Source of the DNA: a bacterium
GTDB taxonomy: Bacteria; Patescibacteriota; Patescibacteriia; SBBB01
DNA: 64,000 nucleotides
Direction of reading: 5' to 3'
NCBI GenBank assembly: GCA_005239895.1
Contig: SBBB01000011.1
Location: 24,957 to 88,956, forward strand
Shown here: one piece after another, positions 35,819-46,497 of the stretch
Numbering within the stretch: the stretch's first letter is position 1
Layout: the number at the start of each line of letters is the position of its first letter
Made by a program: the position numbers and the translations under genes
Notes under the pieces: model-generated
The model's database searches: none
Seen by the model: only the letters and a program-made list of their open reading frames with translations
What the model was told of the DNA's origin: nothing

Positions 35819-36322
35819 TTATACTCTTCTGGCTCGGGGTGGTCTACATCCATTATGAGCCATGGGTGTTACATCTTTAATCTTAACAATATATAAACCA
35901 TTCGCATTTAAAGCTTTAATAGCTGATTCTCTACCACCACCTATACCACTTACAAAAACCTCTACTTCGCGCATACCATAGGGTTTTAATCTTTCCACAG
36001 CTTCTTTCACTACTTCGGAAGCTGCGTAGGGAGTTGATTTTTTGGGACCCTTAAATCCTTTCATCCCCGAACTCACCAACACCAAAACATCTCCCTTGGG
36101 ATTAGTGATACTAACAATCGTATTATTATAGGAAGCATGAATATGAGCTTGCCCGCGTAATATTTCTGGCTTAGCTTTATTTGTTTTTAAAGTATGCGTT
36201 TTTTTGCTATATGCCTTTTCTGACTTCAATTCTTGCAAATCACCACCTGGGGCACTAGTAGTAGTGCTATTGGCAGTATTATCAATTGTTGTTTTTTGGG
36301 TTGTTTCGATCAACATAATCAA
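35819..36322 (-). CDS. rpsK: 30S ribosomal protein S11 with N-terminal extension
   Basis: ASYNNTIV, GFKGPKKSTPYAA, DVTPMAHNGCRP; start uncertain. Confidence 0.97.
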   Translation of the reverse strand: MIMLIETTQKTTIDNTANSTTTSAPGGDLQELKSEKAYSKKTHTLKTNKAKPEILRGQAHIHASYNNTIVSITNPKGDVLVLVSSGMKGFKGPKKSTPYAASEVVKEAVERLKPYGMREVEVFVSGIGGGRESAIKALNANGLYIVKIKDVTPMAHNGCRPPRARRV

Positions 36323-36357
36323 ATAATTTTAAATTTATTTTTAATAATTGTCAATTC

Positions 36358-36747
36358 TTAGGTTTTCTGAGTGGCTGGTTTACGTCCACTACCAACAGTC
36401 TTACGAATATTGCCCCTTACAGTTCTAGAATTAGTCTTAGTCCTTTGGCCCCTCACAGGCAAGTGTTTGGCATGCCTTGACCCCTTATAAGAACCAATAT
36501 CTCTTAACCTCTTAATATTTAATAAAATATCTCTTTTTAATATACTCTCGGTTTTATAGGTATCATTAATAATATTTCTTAGTTTATTTACTTCAGGTTC
36601 AGTAAGATTTACAACGCGAATATTAGGATCAACCCCAGCAGCTACCAAAATATCTGTAGCCAATTTGGGACCAATACCATAAATATATCTTAACGCTATT
36701 TCTATTCTTTTGTTGGATGGTAAATTTATACCAGCTATACGTGCCAT
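36358..36747 (-). CDS. rpsM: 30S ribosomal protein S13
   Basis: [26 protein letters not shown]. Confidence 0.98.
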   Translation of the reverse strand: MARIAGINLPSNKRIEIALRYIYGIGPKLATDILVAAGVDPNIRVVNLTEPEVNKLRNIINDTYKTESILKRDILLNIKRLRDIGSYKGSRHAKHLPVRGQRTKTNSRTVRGNIRKTVGSGRKPATQKT

Positions 36748-36757
36748 AAAAATAAAA

Positions 36758-36871
36758 TTAACCTTGTCTTTGTTTATGTTTAGGGGTTACGCAAATTGCC
36801 ACAAGTTTTTTATGTCGCCTAACAACCTTACATTTATTGCAAATTGGTTTAACAGATGCCCTAACTTTCAT
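36758..36871 (-). CDS. rpmJ: 50S ribosomal protein L36
   Basis: Not in ORF track. Manual translation [37 protein letters not shown]. Confidence 0.97.
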   Translation of the reverse strand: MKVRASVKPICNKCKVVRRHKKLVAICVTPKHKQRQG

Positions 36872-36950
36872 AAAATAATTTTAATTACTTAAACTAAAAA
36901 ATAACCTATTTCCTAGGTATACAACAAAAAACCAAAGATCAAAGATCAAA

Positions 36951-37196
36951 TTAATTGCGATAAATAATTCTACCTTTGGTTAAATCGTAAGGAGTAAATT
37001 GAACCGCTACACGATCGCCCGGCAATAATTTAATTTTATATAATCTCATTTTGCCCGCTAAATACCCAATTACGTTCTGTCCGTTTTCTAAGCGAATTTT
37101 AAATTGCGCAGCTGGTAATAATTCTATTACTTCTCCATTAATCACAAATAAAGCTTTAGAATCGTCAACAGTTTTATCGGTAAATTTATTTTTCAT
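36951..37196 (-). CDS. infA: Translation initiation factor IF-1
   Basis: [31 protein letters not shown]. Confidence 0.97.
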   Translation of the reverse strand: MKNKFTDKTVDDSKALFVINGEVIELLPAAQFKIRLENGQNVIGYLAGKMRLYKIKLLPGDRVAVQFTPYDLTKGRIIYRN

Positions 37197-37258
37197 TTAG
37201 CTCTTAATTTATAATTTGATTATTAAAGGGTTTTAATTACTAGAATAAATGCAAAAAA

Positions 37259-37540
37259 TTAAAATGTGTCCGCAGTTAATTTAGAATCAAAGTCGTCAAT
37301 TATCTCTTCTACTTCCGTTATTTCTTTAAGTCCTATTTGCTCTAACTCGCGATCTTTGTAATTTACTAATGTTGACACAACCCCTTTGTTTCTTCCAATA
37401 TTCCAACCAATATCATTACCCATTAAAAACCCAATAAAAACACCTAAAAACAAACCACAGCAAAACAACAAAATAATTCCCGTAGTCCCTAGCACATTAA
37501 TATTAAATTGTTTCTTGTCCGTACATTTGCTAATATCCAT
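37259..37540 (-). CDS. Hypothetical single-TM protein
   Basis: 93-aa ORF with Gly-rich hydrophobic helix. Confidence 0.6.
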   Translation of the reverse strand: MDISKCTDKKQFNINVLGTTGIILLFCCGLFLGVFIGFLMGNDIGWNIGRNKGVVSTLVNYKDRELEQIGLKEITEVEEIIDDFDSKLTADTF

Positions 37541-37656
37541 ATTATTTAAGAATTATAAATAAAAATTAATATTTTGTAATTCTATAATTAGATATTATAC
37601 TATATTTAGTATATATGAAACAAGCATTAAGTTATCCACAAAGCTATTATAACCTT

Positions 37657-38865
37657 ATGACAAACTTATTGATTACCTTGGAATTTCCACCTCAGACGGG
37701 TGGAGTCGCCAACTATTATTATCATATTGTCCAAGAACTGTCAAGAAATTGTAAAATAATCACCCTTACCACCCCAAACCAACCTTTTATTACCGAAGAC
37801 AACCTAACAACCTCAATAGTCTTACGCAGACCATTACTTTTCACTAAATTTTGGCCCAAGTGGCTATTAACTCTATACCAAACCTTTAAAATCATCAAAT
37901 CATATAAAATTAAACTAATTATTATTGGTCATATCTTACCCTTGGGATATGTTTCTTTAATATTTAAAACAATATTTAATATTCCTTATATCGTATGCGT
38001 TCACGGTTTGGATATACTAGCTCCTCAAAAATCTAAATGGCAGACTTTCTGGTTAAAAAAAATACTAAAACAAGCTCATTGTATTACAAGTAATAGTAAT
38101 TTTGTTAAATTAGAGGTTATCAAATTAAATATTCCAGCCGATAAAATTATAGTATTATATCCAGGTTCAAATATTTTAAAAAATCATAATCAAAGACCTG
38201 ATAATGCAAATGCAAATGCAAATGCTAATGCTAATTTACAAACAACTCAAAATATATCTCCGGAAATAAAATACCGAACTAAACATAATTTGACTGAAAA
38301 CGATATAATATTATTAAGCGTTGGACGCCTTGTGGATCGCAAGGGTTTTGATATAGTAATTAAATCATTGCCGACTGTCTGGAAAGAACGCCAAAATGTA
38401 AAATATATTCTTTTCGGAGATGGTCCTGAAAAATCTAAATTACAAAATCTAGCCCAACAAATAATGTCTCAATCTGGTAAACCGCATCATATTATTTTTC
38501 CCGATTCACTTTCGGATCTAGATAAAGAATATTATTATAAATTAAGTGACATTTTTATTATGACACCTAAAGAACTTAAATACGATTGCGAAGGTTTTGG
38601 TATAGTATATTTAGAAGCTAGTCAATCTGAGCTACCATTAATTGGATCTAATTCCGGCGGCGTACCAGAAGTTGTCCTAAATAATATTAATGGATTGCTT
38701 ATAAAACCAGATGATATTAATGAAACTGCTGCGGCTATTATTAAGCTCGCGCAAAATCAGACTTTACGTAAAACATTGGGTCAAAAGGGAAAACAAAATG
38801 CTCTGGAAAAATTTCAATGGACCCAAGAAGTTTCCAAACTTTTGAATGTAATTCAAAACACTTAG
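37657..38865 (+). CDS. GT4 glycosyltransferase
   Basis: FPPQTGG, HGLD, VGRLVDRKG, EGFGIVYLEA; start placed at MTNLLIT. Confidence 0.93.
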   Translation: MTNLLITLEFPPQTGGVANYYYHIVQELSRNCKIITLTTPNQPFITEDNLTTSIVLRRPLLFTKFWPKWLLTLYQTFKIIKSYKIKLIIIGHILPLGYVSLIFKTIFNIPYIVCVHGLDILAPQKSKWQTFWLKKILKQAHCITSNSNFVKLEVIKLNIPADKIIVLYPGSNILKNHNQRPDNANANANANANLQTTQNISPEIKYRTKHNLTENDIILLSVGRLVDRKGFDIVIKSLPTVWKERQNVKYILFGDGPEKSKLQNLAQQIMSQSGKPHHIIFPDSLSDLDKEYYYKLSDIFIMTPKELKYDCEGFGIVYLEASQSELPLIGSNSGGVPEVVLNNINGLLIKPDDINETAAAIIKLAQNQTLRKTLGQKGKQNALEKFQWTQEVSKLLNVIQNT

Positions 38866-38869
38866 TCCT

Positions 38870-38892
38870 ACTTAGTCGCCTTGCCACTAAGT
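38870..38892. repeat. Palindrome family E copy 1
   Basis: acttagtcgccttgccactaagt; exact reverse complement at 57700-57722. Confidence 0.8.
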
Positions 38893-38897
38893 AACTG

Positions 38898-39323
38898 CTA
38901 CAGCTTTTTATCAGCTAAACCTAGTTTTAATTTTGTAGATGTATATTTTGATAATTTATAGGGTGGAATGATATGAATTTTTAGAGATAATTTTTTACAA
39001 ACATCGTGCGCTAGAAAATCATTTCTTAACGCCATTTGATCGTACCCAAAACAAACCACATCTGGTTTATACTTTTCAATAATTTTATAACTACTTAACC
39101 CTTTGTCTCCCAAAACAACCAAATCAACCATTTTTAAACAACTAACAATTTTTGATCTTTCTTTTTCAGAAAACACAGTTAATTTCTTGTTTAATTTTAC
39201 TAAATTGTGGTCCCGAGCTATAACCACCATTAAATAATCTCCATATTTTTTAGCGCGATTTAAAAAATAAACATGACCAGGATGCAAAAGATCAAAAGTT
39301 CCAAAAACTAGTACTTTACGCAT
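38898..39323 (-). CDS. Cytidylyltransferase-like nucleotidyltransferase (RibL/TagD family)
   Basis: GTFDLLHPGH, VIARD, GYDQ, STKL. Confidence 0.88.
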   Translation of the reverse strand: MRKVLVFGTFDLLHPGHVYFLNRAKKYGDYLMVVIARDHNLVKLNKKLTVFSEKERSKIVSCLKMVDLVVLGDKGLSSYKIIEKYKPDVVCFGYDQMALRNDFLAHDVCKKLSLKIHIIPPYKLSKYTSTKLKLGLADKKL

Positions 39324-39333
39324 AATTTAATAT

Positions 39334-40392
39334 TTACCACCAAATAATTTTTTTAACCAACTTGAAATACGCCTCAAAAAAAGGATTAGCAATATATTTT
39401 AAAATAGGATTATTAATATCTTGAAACAAAATACTACCAGTCATATAAGATAAAATATGTTTGTCTGACACCACGCGTATACTATTCACAAACTGCCTAC
39501 GTTTTTTAAGATATAACCAAGATTGGGCTTTTAAAAAAAATAAATAAGCTTTGAGTTTGTGAGTCCAAAAACCAGATTTAATAGAAAATAAAGAAGTTCC
39601 AAATTCCATAAATAAAAACGCTGGTAATAATAAAAATATAGTCTTTAATTTATAATTAGTAAAAAATACTATTAATCTATTGCGCTCCATCCAATAATAT
39701 TTTTTTATACTACGCATAAATTCATACTTATGATAAACAATAGATTTGGGTGTTAAAACTACTTTATATCCAGCTAATCTTAATTTCCAACTAAAATCTA
39801 AATCTTCATGATATAGAAAAAAAATATTGTCAAATAATCCAACCTGCTCTATCGCGCTCATGCGATACAAGACTGATGCTCCACTAGCATACCCTACGTC
39901 TGATTGTAATTGTGGCATCTCAAATAGTGTTTTTAAATATCCACTACTATACCCAAACCCTAAATAATGCAAGGCACAACCACAAGAATTAATTTTTTCT
40001 TTATCGGGCCACATCATCACCAAAGACTGACAAGCTCCAATATTTGGATCAGAATCTGCTGCTTCCACTAAGTACGTAACATAATCAGGCTCAACTATAG
40101 TATCTTGATTTAATAATATTAAATAATCAACGCCTAGCTCTCTAGCCTGTTTCCACCCTAAATTAACTCCACCGCTAAACCCTAAATTAGTTTTGGATTC
40201 TATAAGTTCATGAGACAAACTGTGCTGTTTAATTAAATCTACAGAACTATCAATCGAAGCATTATCAATAATAATAATCTGACATAAATGTTTAGGATAA
40301 GTAAGTTTTTCCAAACTATCCAAACAATCTGGTAAATATTTTTCACCATTAAAACTTAAAATAATAATTGCAACTTTTGATTTGTATACCAT
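39334..40392 (-). CDS. GT2 glycosyltransferase
   Basis: IDNAS.D, NLGFSGG.N, LLNQD, YHEDLD. Confidence 0.92.
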   Translation of the reverse strand: MVYKSKVAIIILSFNGEKYLPDCLDSLEKLTYPKHLCQIIIIDNASIDSSVDLIKQHSLSHELIESKTNLGFSGGVNLGWKQARELGVDYLILLNQDTIVEPDYVTYLVEAADSDPNIGACQSLVMMWPDKEKINSCGCALHYLGFGYSSGYLKTLFEMPQLQSDVGYASGASVLYRMSAIEQVGLFDNIFFLYHEDLDFSWKLRLAGYKVVLTPKSIVYHKYEFMRSIKKYYWMERNRLIVFFTNYKLKTIFLLLPAFLFMEFGTSLFSIKSGFWTHKLKAYLFFLKAQSWLYLKKRRQFVNSIRVVSDKHILSYMTGSILFQDINNPILKYIANPFFEAYFKLVKKIIWW

Positions 40393-40399
40393 AAGCTAA

Positions 40400-40750
40400 C
40401 TACTTTTGATCATGATTATCAAAATGTTTTTCTGCGTCTTTTAGACTTAAATGTCTAGTAATAATAGTAATATTTTTATCTAATTCTTTTAAACGAATAA
40501 AAATATTAAACAACGTGTAAAAAATTAAAATAAATGCCGCGTACATTACCAAATCTGCCCCTCTTCCAATTCCAACTATATGAGCTATATAAGTAGTGCT
40601 GTGAGGATAAGCAACTACAACTACAAATATTAAATAAAAAATAATCCAAACCCCAAAACTAAATTGAGAGATTTGCTTGCGTTTAAATTTATCCCAAGCC
40701 TTGCCTAGCATGAACACAGCTATCAATAATAAAATAATTTGAATATACAT
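40400..40750 (-). CDS. DUF2304-family membrane protein
   Basis: Three TMs, GIGRGADL motif, adjacent to a DPM-like GT2. Confidence 0.85.
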   Translation of the reverse strand: MYIQIILLLIAVFMLGKAWDKFKRKQISQFSFGVWIIFYLIFVVVVAYPHSTTYIAHIVGIGRGADLVMYAAFILIFYTLFNIFIRLKELDKNITIITRHLSLKDAEKHFDNHDQK

Positions 40751-40761
40751 AATTTAAAAAT

Positions 40762-41487
40762 TTAATGACGATTACAATATTTATTATATATTTTTTCCCA
40801 TACTAAATTCCAAACAATACGATAAGCATTAAAAATGCTCTGACCCTTAGACTTAGAATATTTTGTATATCTAACTGTGACCGGCACTTCTTTAAATACT
40901 AAATTATTAGACTGAATTTTATCTAAAATTTCCGAAGCATGGGCCATGCCATCTTGATCAATTTTAATTTTTAAACTAGCTTGTCTAGTCAAAGCTCTTA
41001 AACCACAGTGCGAATCAGTTACCGAAATTCCCGAAAAAATACGCGTAAATAACACTCCGCCTTTTAAAACTAAAAACTTAGTAATATTTATATTAATGGC
41101 TTGTCCTAAAAATCGCGAACCCAAAACCACGTCACATTCTTTATTAAACAAAGGTAATAATAATATTTTTAGATCTTCACTGTCATGTTGACCATCCCCG
41201 TCCATATGTACAATAATATCAGCTCCCCTAGCTAAACTATAATTAATACCTGTAACCAGAGCTGCTCCTTGTCCCCGATTTACACAATGTCGCAATACCA
41301 TAGCTCCAGCCCCTTGCGCTTTAAACCCAGTTTGATCAACAGAACCGTCATCCACGACTACAATTTTAAATTGTAAATCTAAAAACTGCTTCCGGTCTAA
41401 TTTCATCAAAGACTTAGTAAGGTTTTGAACTACATCTTTGATTGTTGTTTGTTCATTAAAAGCTGGAATAACAACGCACACAAACAT
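40762..41487 (-). CDS. DPM1-like GT2 (polyprenol-phosphate glycosyltransferase)
   Basis: VIPAFNE, VVDDGS.D, NRGQG, DGDGQH, GSRF; start placed at MFVCVV. Confidence 0.92.
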   Translation of the reverse strand: MFVCVVIPAFNEQTTIKDVVQNLTKSLMKLDRKQFLDLQFKIVVVDDGSVDQTGFKAQGAGAMVLRHCVNRGQGAALVTGINYSLARGADIIVHMDGDGQHDSEDLKILLLPLFNKECDVVLGSRFLGQAININITKFLVLKGGVLFTRIFSGISVTDSHCGLRALTRQASLKIKIDQDGMAHASEILDKIQSNNLVFKEVPVTVRYTKYSKSKGQSIFNAYRIVWNLVWEKIYNKYCNRH

Positions 41488-41494
41488 ATACAAA

Positions 41495-42520
41495 TTAAAT
41501 CTTGGAATGAAATAACGAACGAACTCCTTTAATATAATCAATTGTTTTTTTCAAACCTTGATTTAATAAAACAACTGGAAACCAGCCCAATAACTCAGTT
41601 GCCAGAGCAATATTAGGTATTTCTTGATCATGATAAGTTGCGGTTTGCTGATCATTAATAATAATCTCAGATTTTGAATTTGTTAAAGCCACTATTTTAT
41701 CTACGATATCTTTTATAGAATATTCCAAAGAATGTCCTAAATTAACTGGGTGGTTTATAGATGACCCCATTAAACGCAGCAATCCGTCCACCAAATCATC
41801 AACATAACAATAACTCCCTAAAATTTTAGAACTCGTACTACGAATATGAATAGGTTTATTTTCTAATGCTAATAGCACTGTATCGGAAAGAAATTTTCCG
41901 TCTTTTAATTTCATACGCGAGCCATAAGTATTAAAAACCCTAGCAATTTTAACATCTAAATTATGCTTTAAGTGATAAGAATTAACGAGAGTCTCACCAA
42001 AACGCTTGCTTTCAGCGTATAGATTATCAGGAGCCAAATGATCAAAAACTCCTAAAACATTTTCTTTAAATTCAACACCCTGAGTTCCAGGTCCATATAC
42101 CATACCCGATGAAACATATAAAAATTTAGCTTGATACTTAACAGCTAAATCTAAAGCATTCTTGGTACCATAAACATTGGCTAACAAAGTTTCTAAGGGA
42201 TACTTCTGACGATCTAAAGGACTAGATGGAGAAGCTAAATGATACACTTCTTGAATTCCTTGCCATTGAATTTTAAATTTTTCTAATTCCATAATTTGCT
42301 CTAAATCACAGGGCTCAATAATATCATGTTTTATAAATTCAAAATCCGAATGATTTAATAAATGATTAATATTATCTTCAAAACTAGTTAAAAAATTATC
42401 TATACATATAACCTTACTATCATTTAAAAGCCGATCGCATAAATTAGAACCAATAAAACCAGCCCCGCCAAAAACAACTACGCTCTTTTTATCAAAAATT
42501 TCTTTCATACTTTTTAGCAA
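41495..42520 (-). CDS. NAD-dependent epimerase/dehydratase (UDP-glucuronate decarboxylase-like)
   Basis: GGAGFIGS, HLASPSSP, YAESK, RVFNTYG; likely start at 42508. Confidence 0.9.
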   Translation of the reverse strand: MLKSMKEIFDKKSVVVFGGAGFIGSNLCDRLLNDSKVICIDNFLTSFEDNINHLLNHSDFEFIKHDIIEPCDLEQIMELEKFKIQWQGIQEVYHLASPSSPLDRQKYPLETLLANVYGTKNALDLAVKYQAKFLYVSSGMVYGPGTQGVEFKENVLGVFDHLAPDNLYAESKRFGETLVNSYHLKHNLDVKIARVFNTYGSRMKLKDGKFLSDTVLLALENKPIHIRSTSSKILGSYCYVDDLVDGLLRLMGSSINHPVNLGHSLEYSIKDIVDKIVALTNSKSEIIINDQQTATYHDQEIPNIALATELLGWFPVVLLNQGLKKTIDYIKGVRSLFHSKI

Positions 42521-42536
42521 ATTATTAAAATTAATT

Positions 42537-44261
42537 CTATTTATAAGCTATAGCCCTTACGATATTCCAACCATACTCACTATTAGGGGTCTTTTTAAAT
42601 ACCTTACGAAACACTGTAACCGCTTGCGCTTCTTTGTTTAATGATCTAGTTGCAGGCTTCAATCCATAAACAATACGATCTACAGCTAACCAATCAGATT
42701 TACTATTTGGTGTTCGTTTAAAAACTATTTTAAAATCATTGATTCCTTTTTGCTCAGCTCGTAGGTTTCTCTGCAATGGTTTTAATCCTATTTGAATGTA
42801 AGTGTAATCTCGCCAATCTTCAAAACTATTGGGCAGACGACCATAAATTCTACCAAACTCAGCCAGAGTTTGCTTATCAACTCTAAATTTTACACTTCCA
42901 CTAGCCTTGGGTGATGTAACGGATGAATTATTTGGCAGTAGTGTAGGAGGAACTATATTAATATTGTTATTGGTAACATGAAATGAAACCTCACCCGAAA
43001 CTATAGAAGCCAGATTAAGAGCTGTATAAAGATTAATTTTACCACTTCCTAATTTATTAATAAAACCGGGATTTTTAGCATCAATGCTATCAGTAGTGTT
43101 TATAATAATTTCAGTTATTTGTTTAGCGCTTAAACCTGGTCTAAAACTTTTAATCAAAGCTGCTTCTCCTGAAACCACACCCGTGGCAATAGATGTTCCA
43201 CTCCAAAAACCACCCTGATATTCTTCATATCCGTGTTGAGGGCTATACACCTGCAAGCCGAAAAAACTTGATCCTGGAGCGCTAACATCAACGCATCTTT
43301 GACCAAAATTAAAAGACACTGGTTTTTGATCTAACGCGTCCAAACCTGTAACCCCCACAATCCTATTTACAGATTCACCAACATCATAACAAATAGGATA
43401 CAAAAGAACTTCGTCTAAATTTAAAAAATATTCTTTAGATTTATTACCAGCCGCAGCGACTAAAACGACATTATTATTATAAGCGTTTTTAATACTTGTA
43501 AAAATAGTATTACTATAACCTACTCCCACAAAACTCATATTAATAATGTGTGCACCATTCGCAACAGCATAATCAATAGCGCGAGCGACTGCTAGGGTAT
43601 CTCCATTGCCTTCATTATTTAAAACCCTAAGAGGCATAATTTTACTTTTCCAAGCTACACCCGTAACACCTTGTTTATTATTTCCTTCAGCTGCCACAAC
43701 GCCAGCTACAGTGGTGCCATGATTAATTCCCGTGGATGTATGCTTATCATCAAATACCGGATGAACATTATTAGTATTAGATACAAAATCCCAGCCATAA
43801 ATATCGTCAATATACCCATTCTTATCATTATCAATATTATCATTAGGAATTTCTCGAGTATTAATCCAGGTATTGTTTACTAAATCTAAGTTATTAATGT
43901 CAACCCCCGAATCCAACACCGCCACTACAACTCCACTGCCATTTGAAATATTCCAAGCCTCGGGAGCTTTAATTTCTGGTAAATACCACTGCTTATCATA
44001 ATAAGGATCTTGGGGCTCAAAAGAAGAATAATAAAGATAATTTGGTTCTGCAATCTCCACCTGCTGATTTAGCTTGTAATCTGTCGAAATATTATGAACA
44101 TCTACACCCTGATTAAATTTAAACTTATAAAGTTCTTGATAGTTTTTAAATTTTACTACCAACTGATTATCCCTAGAAGAAGCTAACTGTTGCTTATTAA
44201 TTTTTAAAAAATTGTAAGACAATAATCCTAAAAAAATAAAAATTATTAACCGCAACTTCAT
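42537..44261 (-). CDS. S8 subtilisin-like serine protease with C-terminal triple repeat
   Basis: Signal/TM, VAVLDSG, HGTTVAG, AAAGN, GTSIA. Confidence 0.93.
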   Translation of the reverse strand: MKLRLIIFIFLGLLSYNFLKINKQQLASSRDNQLVVKFKNYQELYKFKFNQGVDVHNISTDYKLNQQVEIAEPNYLYYSSFEPQDPYYDKQWYLPEIKAPEAWNISNGSGVVVAVLDSGVDINNLDLVNNTWINTREIPNDNIDNDKNGYIDDIYGWDFVSNTNNVHPVFDDKHTSTGINHGTTVAGVVAAEGNNKQGVTGVAWKSKIMPLRVLNNEGNGDTLAVARAIDYAVANGAHIINMSFVGVGYSNTIFTSIKNAYNNNVVLVAAAGNKSKEYFLNLDEVLLYPICYDVGESVNRIVGVTGLDALDQKPVSFNFGQRCVDVSAPGSSFFGLQVYSPQHGYEEYQGGFWSGTSIATGVVSGEAALIKSFRPGLSAKQITEIIINTTDSIDAKNPGFINKLGSGKINLYTALNLASIVSGEVSFHVTNNNINIVPPTLLPNNSSVTSPKASGSVKFRVDKQTLAEFGRIYGRLPNSFEDWRDYTYIQIGLKPLQRNLRAEQKGINDFKIVFKRTPNSKSDWLAVDRIVYGLKPATRSLNKEAQAVTVFRKVFKKTPNSEYGWNIVRAIAYK

Positions 44262-44380
44262 AAATAATAATATTTTAATTACAATAAAATCGTTGATTCC
44301 ACAATCTCAACTGTATTTAAATTATATATCACTTGCTACGTCAAGTTTTTAATCTGAATCTAATGCTGTAGTTATTATGA

Positions 44381-44671
44381 TTACACTATCTGAAAATCAA
44401 TATGAATAATTTGCTCAGTTAAGGGATTACGTTGTAGTTCTTTTACTTTAACTTTCAAGGGTTGGTCTTGATCAATATACAGATCGCATAAAGAATCCTT
44501 TTTAATATTTAATAAAGGTTTAAAATGCGAACTATATTCCATCTCAATAGTTAAAGGTTTAAAATTTACTCCATAAACAACCGCAGGCATAAAACCACCT
44601 TTGCGCACAACTCGCACGGACTTACCTAACACTGATCTTTTTTTTGATTTAATAATAATAGAATCTGACAT
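44381..44671 (-). CDS. rplY: 50S ribosomal protein L25 (short form)
   Basis: R...GK...VRKGG.MPAVVYG, LQRNP...IIHIDF. Confidence 0.9.
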   Translation of the reverse strand: MSDSIIIKSKKRSVLGKSVRVVRKGGFMPAVVYGVNFKPLTIEMEYSSHFKPLLNIKKDSLCDLYIDQDQPLKVKVKELQRNPLTEQIIHIDFQIV

Positions 44672-44735
44672 ATAAATAATTAGGCTTTAGGCTTTAGTAA
44701 ATTAAAACTTGAAATTTGTAATTCTATCAAGTTTC

Positions 44736-45077
44736 TTAAATTTCTTCTTCTGTTAAAGTTTTTAAAAACTTTTTGGAATTTAATAATTCATGCAAATTTA
44801 GCACCTCATCCAAATGAACACTGGTTTTATCTTTTAATAATAAACTCTCTTCACTATTTAAATCTGTAACCAAACAAAAAGAACTGCTACCCAGCTGATT
44901 GTTTGTAACTAGCGCTAAAATAGAAGTACGACATTTCTTACAATTAACGTGCACTAAATACATGCCATTATTTTCTGCTAATAATTTAGCGCTGAATATG
45001 CCGTACTTAGTCTCGCAACTAGGACAACATGGAATTAAACCGTGTACTTCAGCGGATTTTTTATTTGCAAGTGCCAT
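44736..45077 (-). CDS. Hypothetical Zn-ribbon protein
   Basis: CPSC...H..CKKC, TDL. Confidence 0.75.
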   Translation of the reverse strand: MALANKKSAEVHGLIPCCPSCETKYGIFSAKLLAENNGMYLVHVNCKKCRTSILALVTNNQLGSSSFCLVTDLNSEESLLLKDKTSVHLDEVLNLHELLNSKKFLKTLTEEEI

Positions 45078-45180
45078 AATCGTTTATTATTATCTTATAT
45101 AGTATAACATAAACTTTTGAAACGTCAACACTTTTATTGTATTACCAAAATTTGTTTAAAACCAGTGCATCAATATTGAT

Positions 45181-46296
45181 CTAATCAATCTTTTTAAATG
45201 CACCGTTACTGTAAGTTTTAACAACCAAATCAGCATCAAACGCGTGATTACCCAAATATAAGTATTGTCCAGCTGCGCCTTTAAAATCTTGGGCTAGAAA
45301 ATCAATTATCTCCGTATTAGTAGTTTTGCCAACAGATACAGCTTCAGTCAGTCTAGCCACAGCATCATAAACATGATCGCCCGCCACCCCCGGAAGAATA
45401 TTATATACTTTTTGATAATTTTCGGCATATACAAAATTATCATGCCCCACAATAAGCTGATTTTCAAATCTGCCTTCTGCAATTCTTACTTGATCACCAT
45501 CTTCCATATTTACATAACCAACTATGGGAATATCCCAACCAATATCTTTAATCTGTTTAGCTAAAAGGCCTGATTGCGGGAACACACTATTAACCAATAC
45601 ATCCGGATTTGCAGATTTAACTTTTAAAATAGTAGTTTTAAAATCATTGCTAGTTTTTTCAACAGATTCATTTGCAACTAATTCATAACCATTTTCAGTA
45701 ACAGCTTTAGCCACAGCTTCCGCAAAAGCCTTGGGTCCATCCGCTTTATTTGAAATAATAGAAACCTTTTTGTATTTACCTTTTAATAATAAAGCTTCTA
45801 AACGCACGGCTTCTTTATCTGGACTGGGCATAAATCTCAACACCCATTTTTTACCATCATTTATTTCTTTAGCAATACCAATGCCAATCAAAGGCACTTG
45901 TTTTTGTTCCGCAATATGAGAAGCAGCTATAGAAGAAGCTGAACTAAATGTTACCAGCGCATTAACCTTGTCAATATTTATTAATTTGTGTACAGCTGCT
46001 ACGGTCTTTTTGGTATCTAAAGCATCGTCTTCATAAATAATTTCAATTTTTTCTTTAACCTTGGCATCTAAATCGGTTAAAGCTAATTCAACACTATTTT
46101 TTCCAGATTCACCTAAAGACGGAGCTGGTCCAGTTAAAGGCAAAATAACACCAATTTTAAATTTTGACTGAACTTCAGTTGGACTATTTAAAAATCTATA
46201 CCCTACCAAACCAATAATTAGAAGCAACACTACGCCAAGAGCTATTTTCATATTTTTATTCGCCCAGTTAGAGGTTTGATTATTATCTATATTCAT
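45181..46296 (-). CDS. LivJ-like ABC substrate-binding protein
   Basis: N-terminal TM, KIGVILPLTG, YEDD, HKLINIDKV, YDAV. Confidence 0.88.
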   Translation of the reverse strand: MNIDNNQTSNWANKNMKIALGVVLLLIIGLVGYRFLNSPTEVQSKFKIGVILPLTGPAPSLGESGKNSVELALTDLDAKVKEKIEIIYEDDALDTKKTVAAVHKLINIDKVNALVTFSSASSIAASHIAEQKQVPLIGIGIAKEINDGKKWVLRFMPSPDKEAVRLEALLLKGKYKKVSIISNKADGPKAFAEAVAKAVTENGYELVANESVEKTSNDFKTTILKVKSANPDVLVNSVFPQSGLLAKQIKDIGWDIPIVGYVNMEDGDQVRIAEGRFENQLIVGHDNFVYAENYQKVYNILPGVAGDHVYDAVARLTEAVSVGKTTNTEIIDFLAQDFKGAAGQYLYLGNHAFDADLVVKTYSNGAFKKID

Positions 46297-46373
46297 ATTT
46301 TATATTTAAAAATTAATTGAATACTATATACTTTGTGTTATTTCAATCATCTCCTGTCATTCCCTGTTTTTTC

Positions 46374-46489
46374 TGTCGTCCTCGGGTACATTCGGACATA
46401 AATGTCCTCAGTATCACGACTTGACCCGGGGATCCAGGTTATATTTAATTGTACGCGCTCCTGGATTCCCGATCAGGTCGGGAATGACA
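46374..46489. repeat. Bipartite palindromic element family B, copy 2, with nested insertion
   Basis: tgtcgtcctcggg-[33-nt insert]-cttgacccggggatccagg...cctggattcccgatcaggtcgggaatgaca. Confidence 0.8.
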
Positions 46490-46497
46490 AAAGAGGA

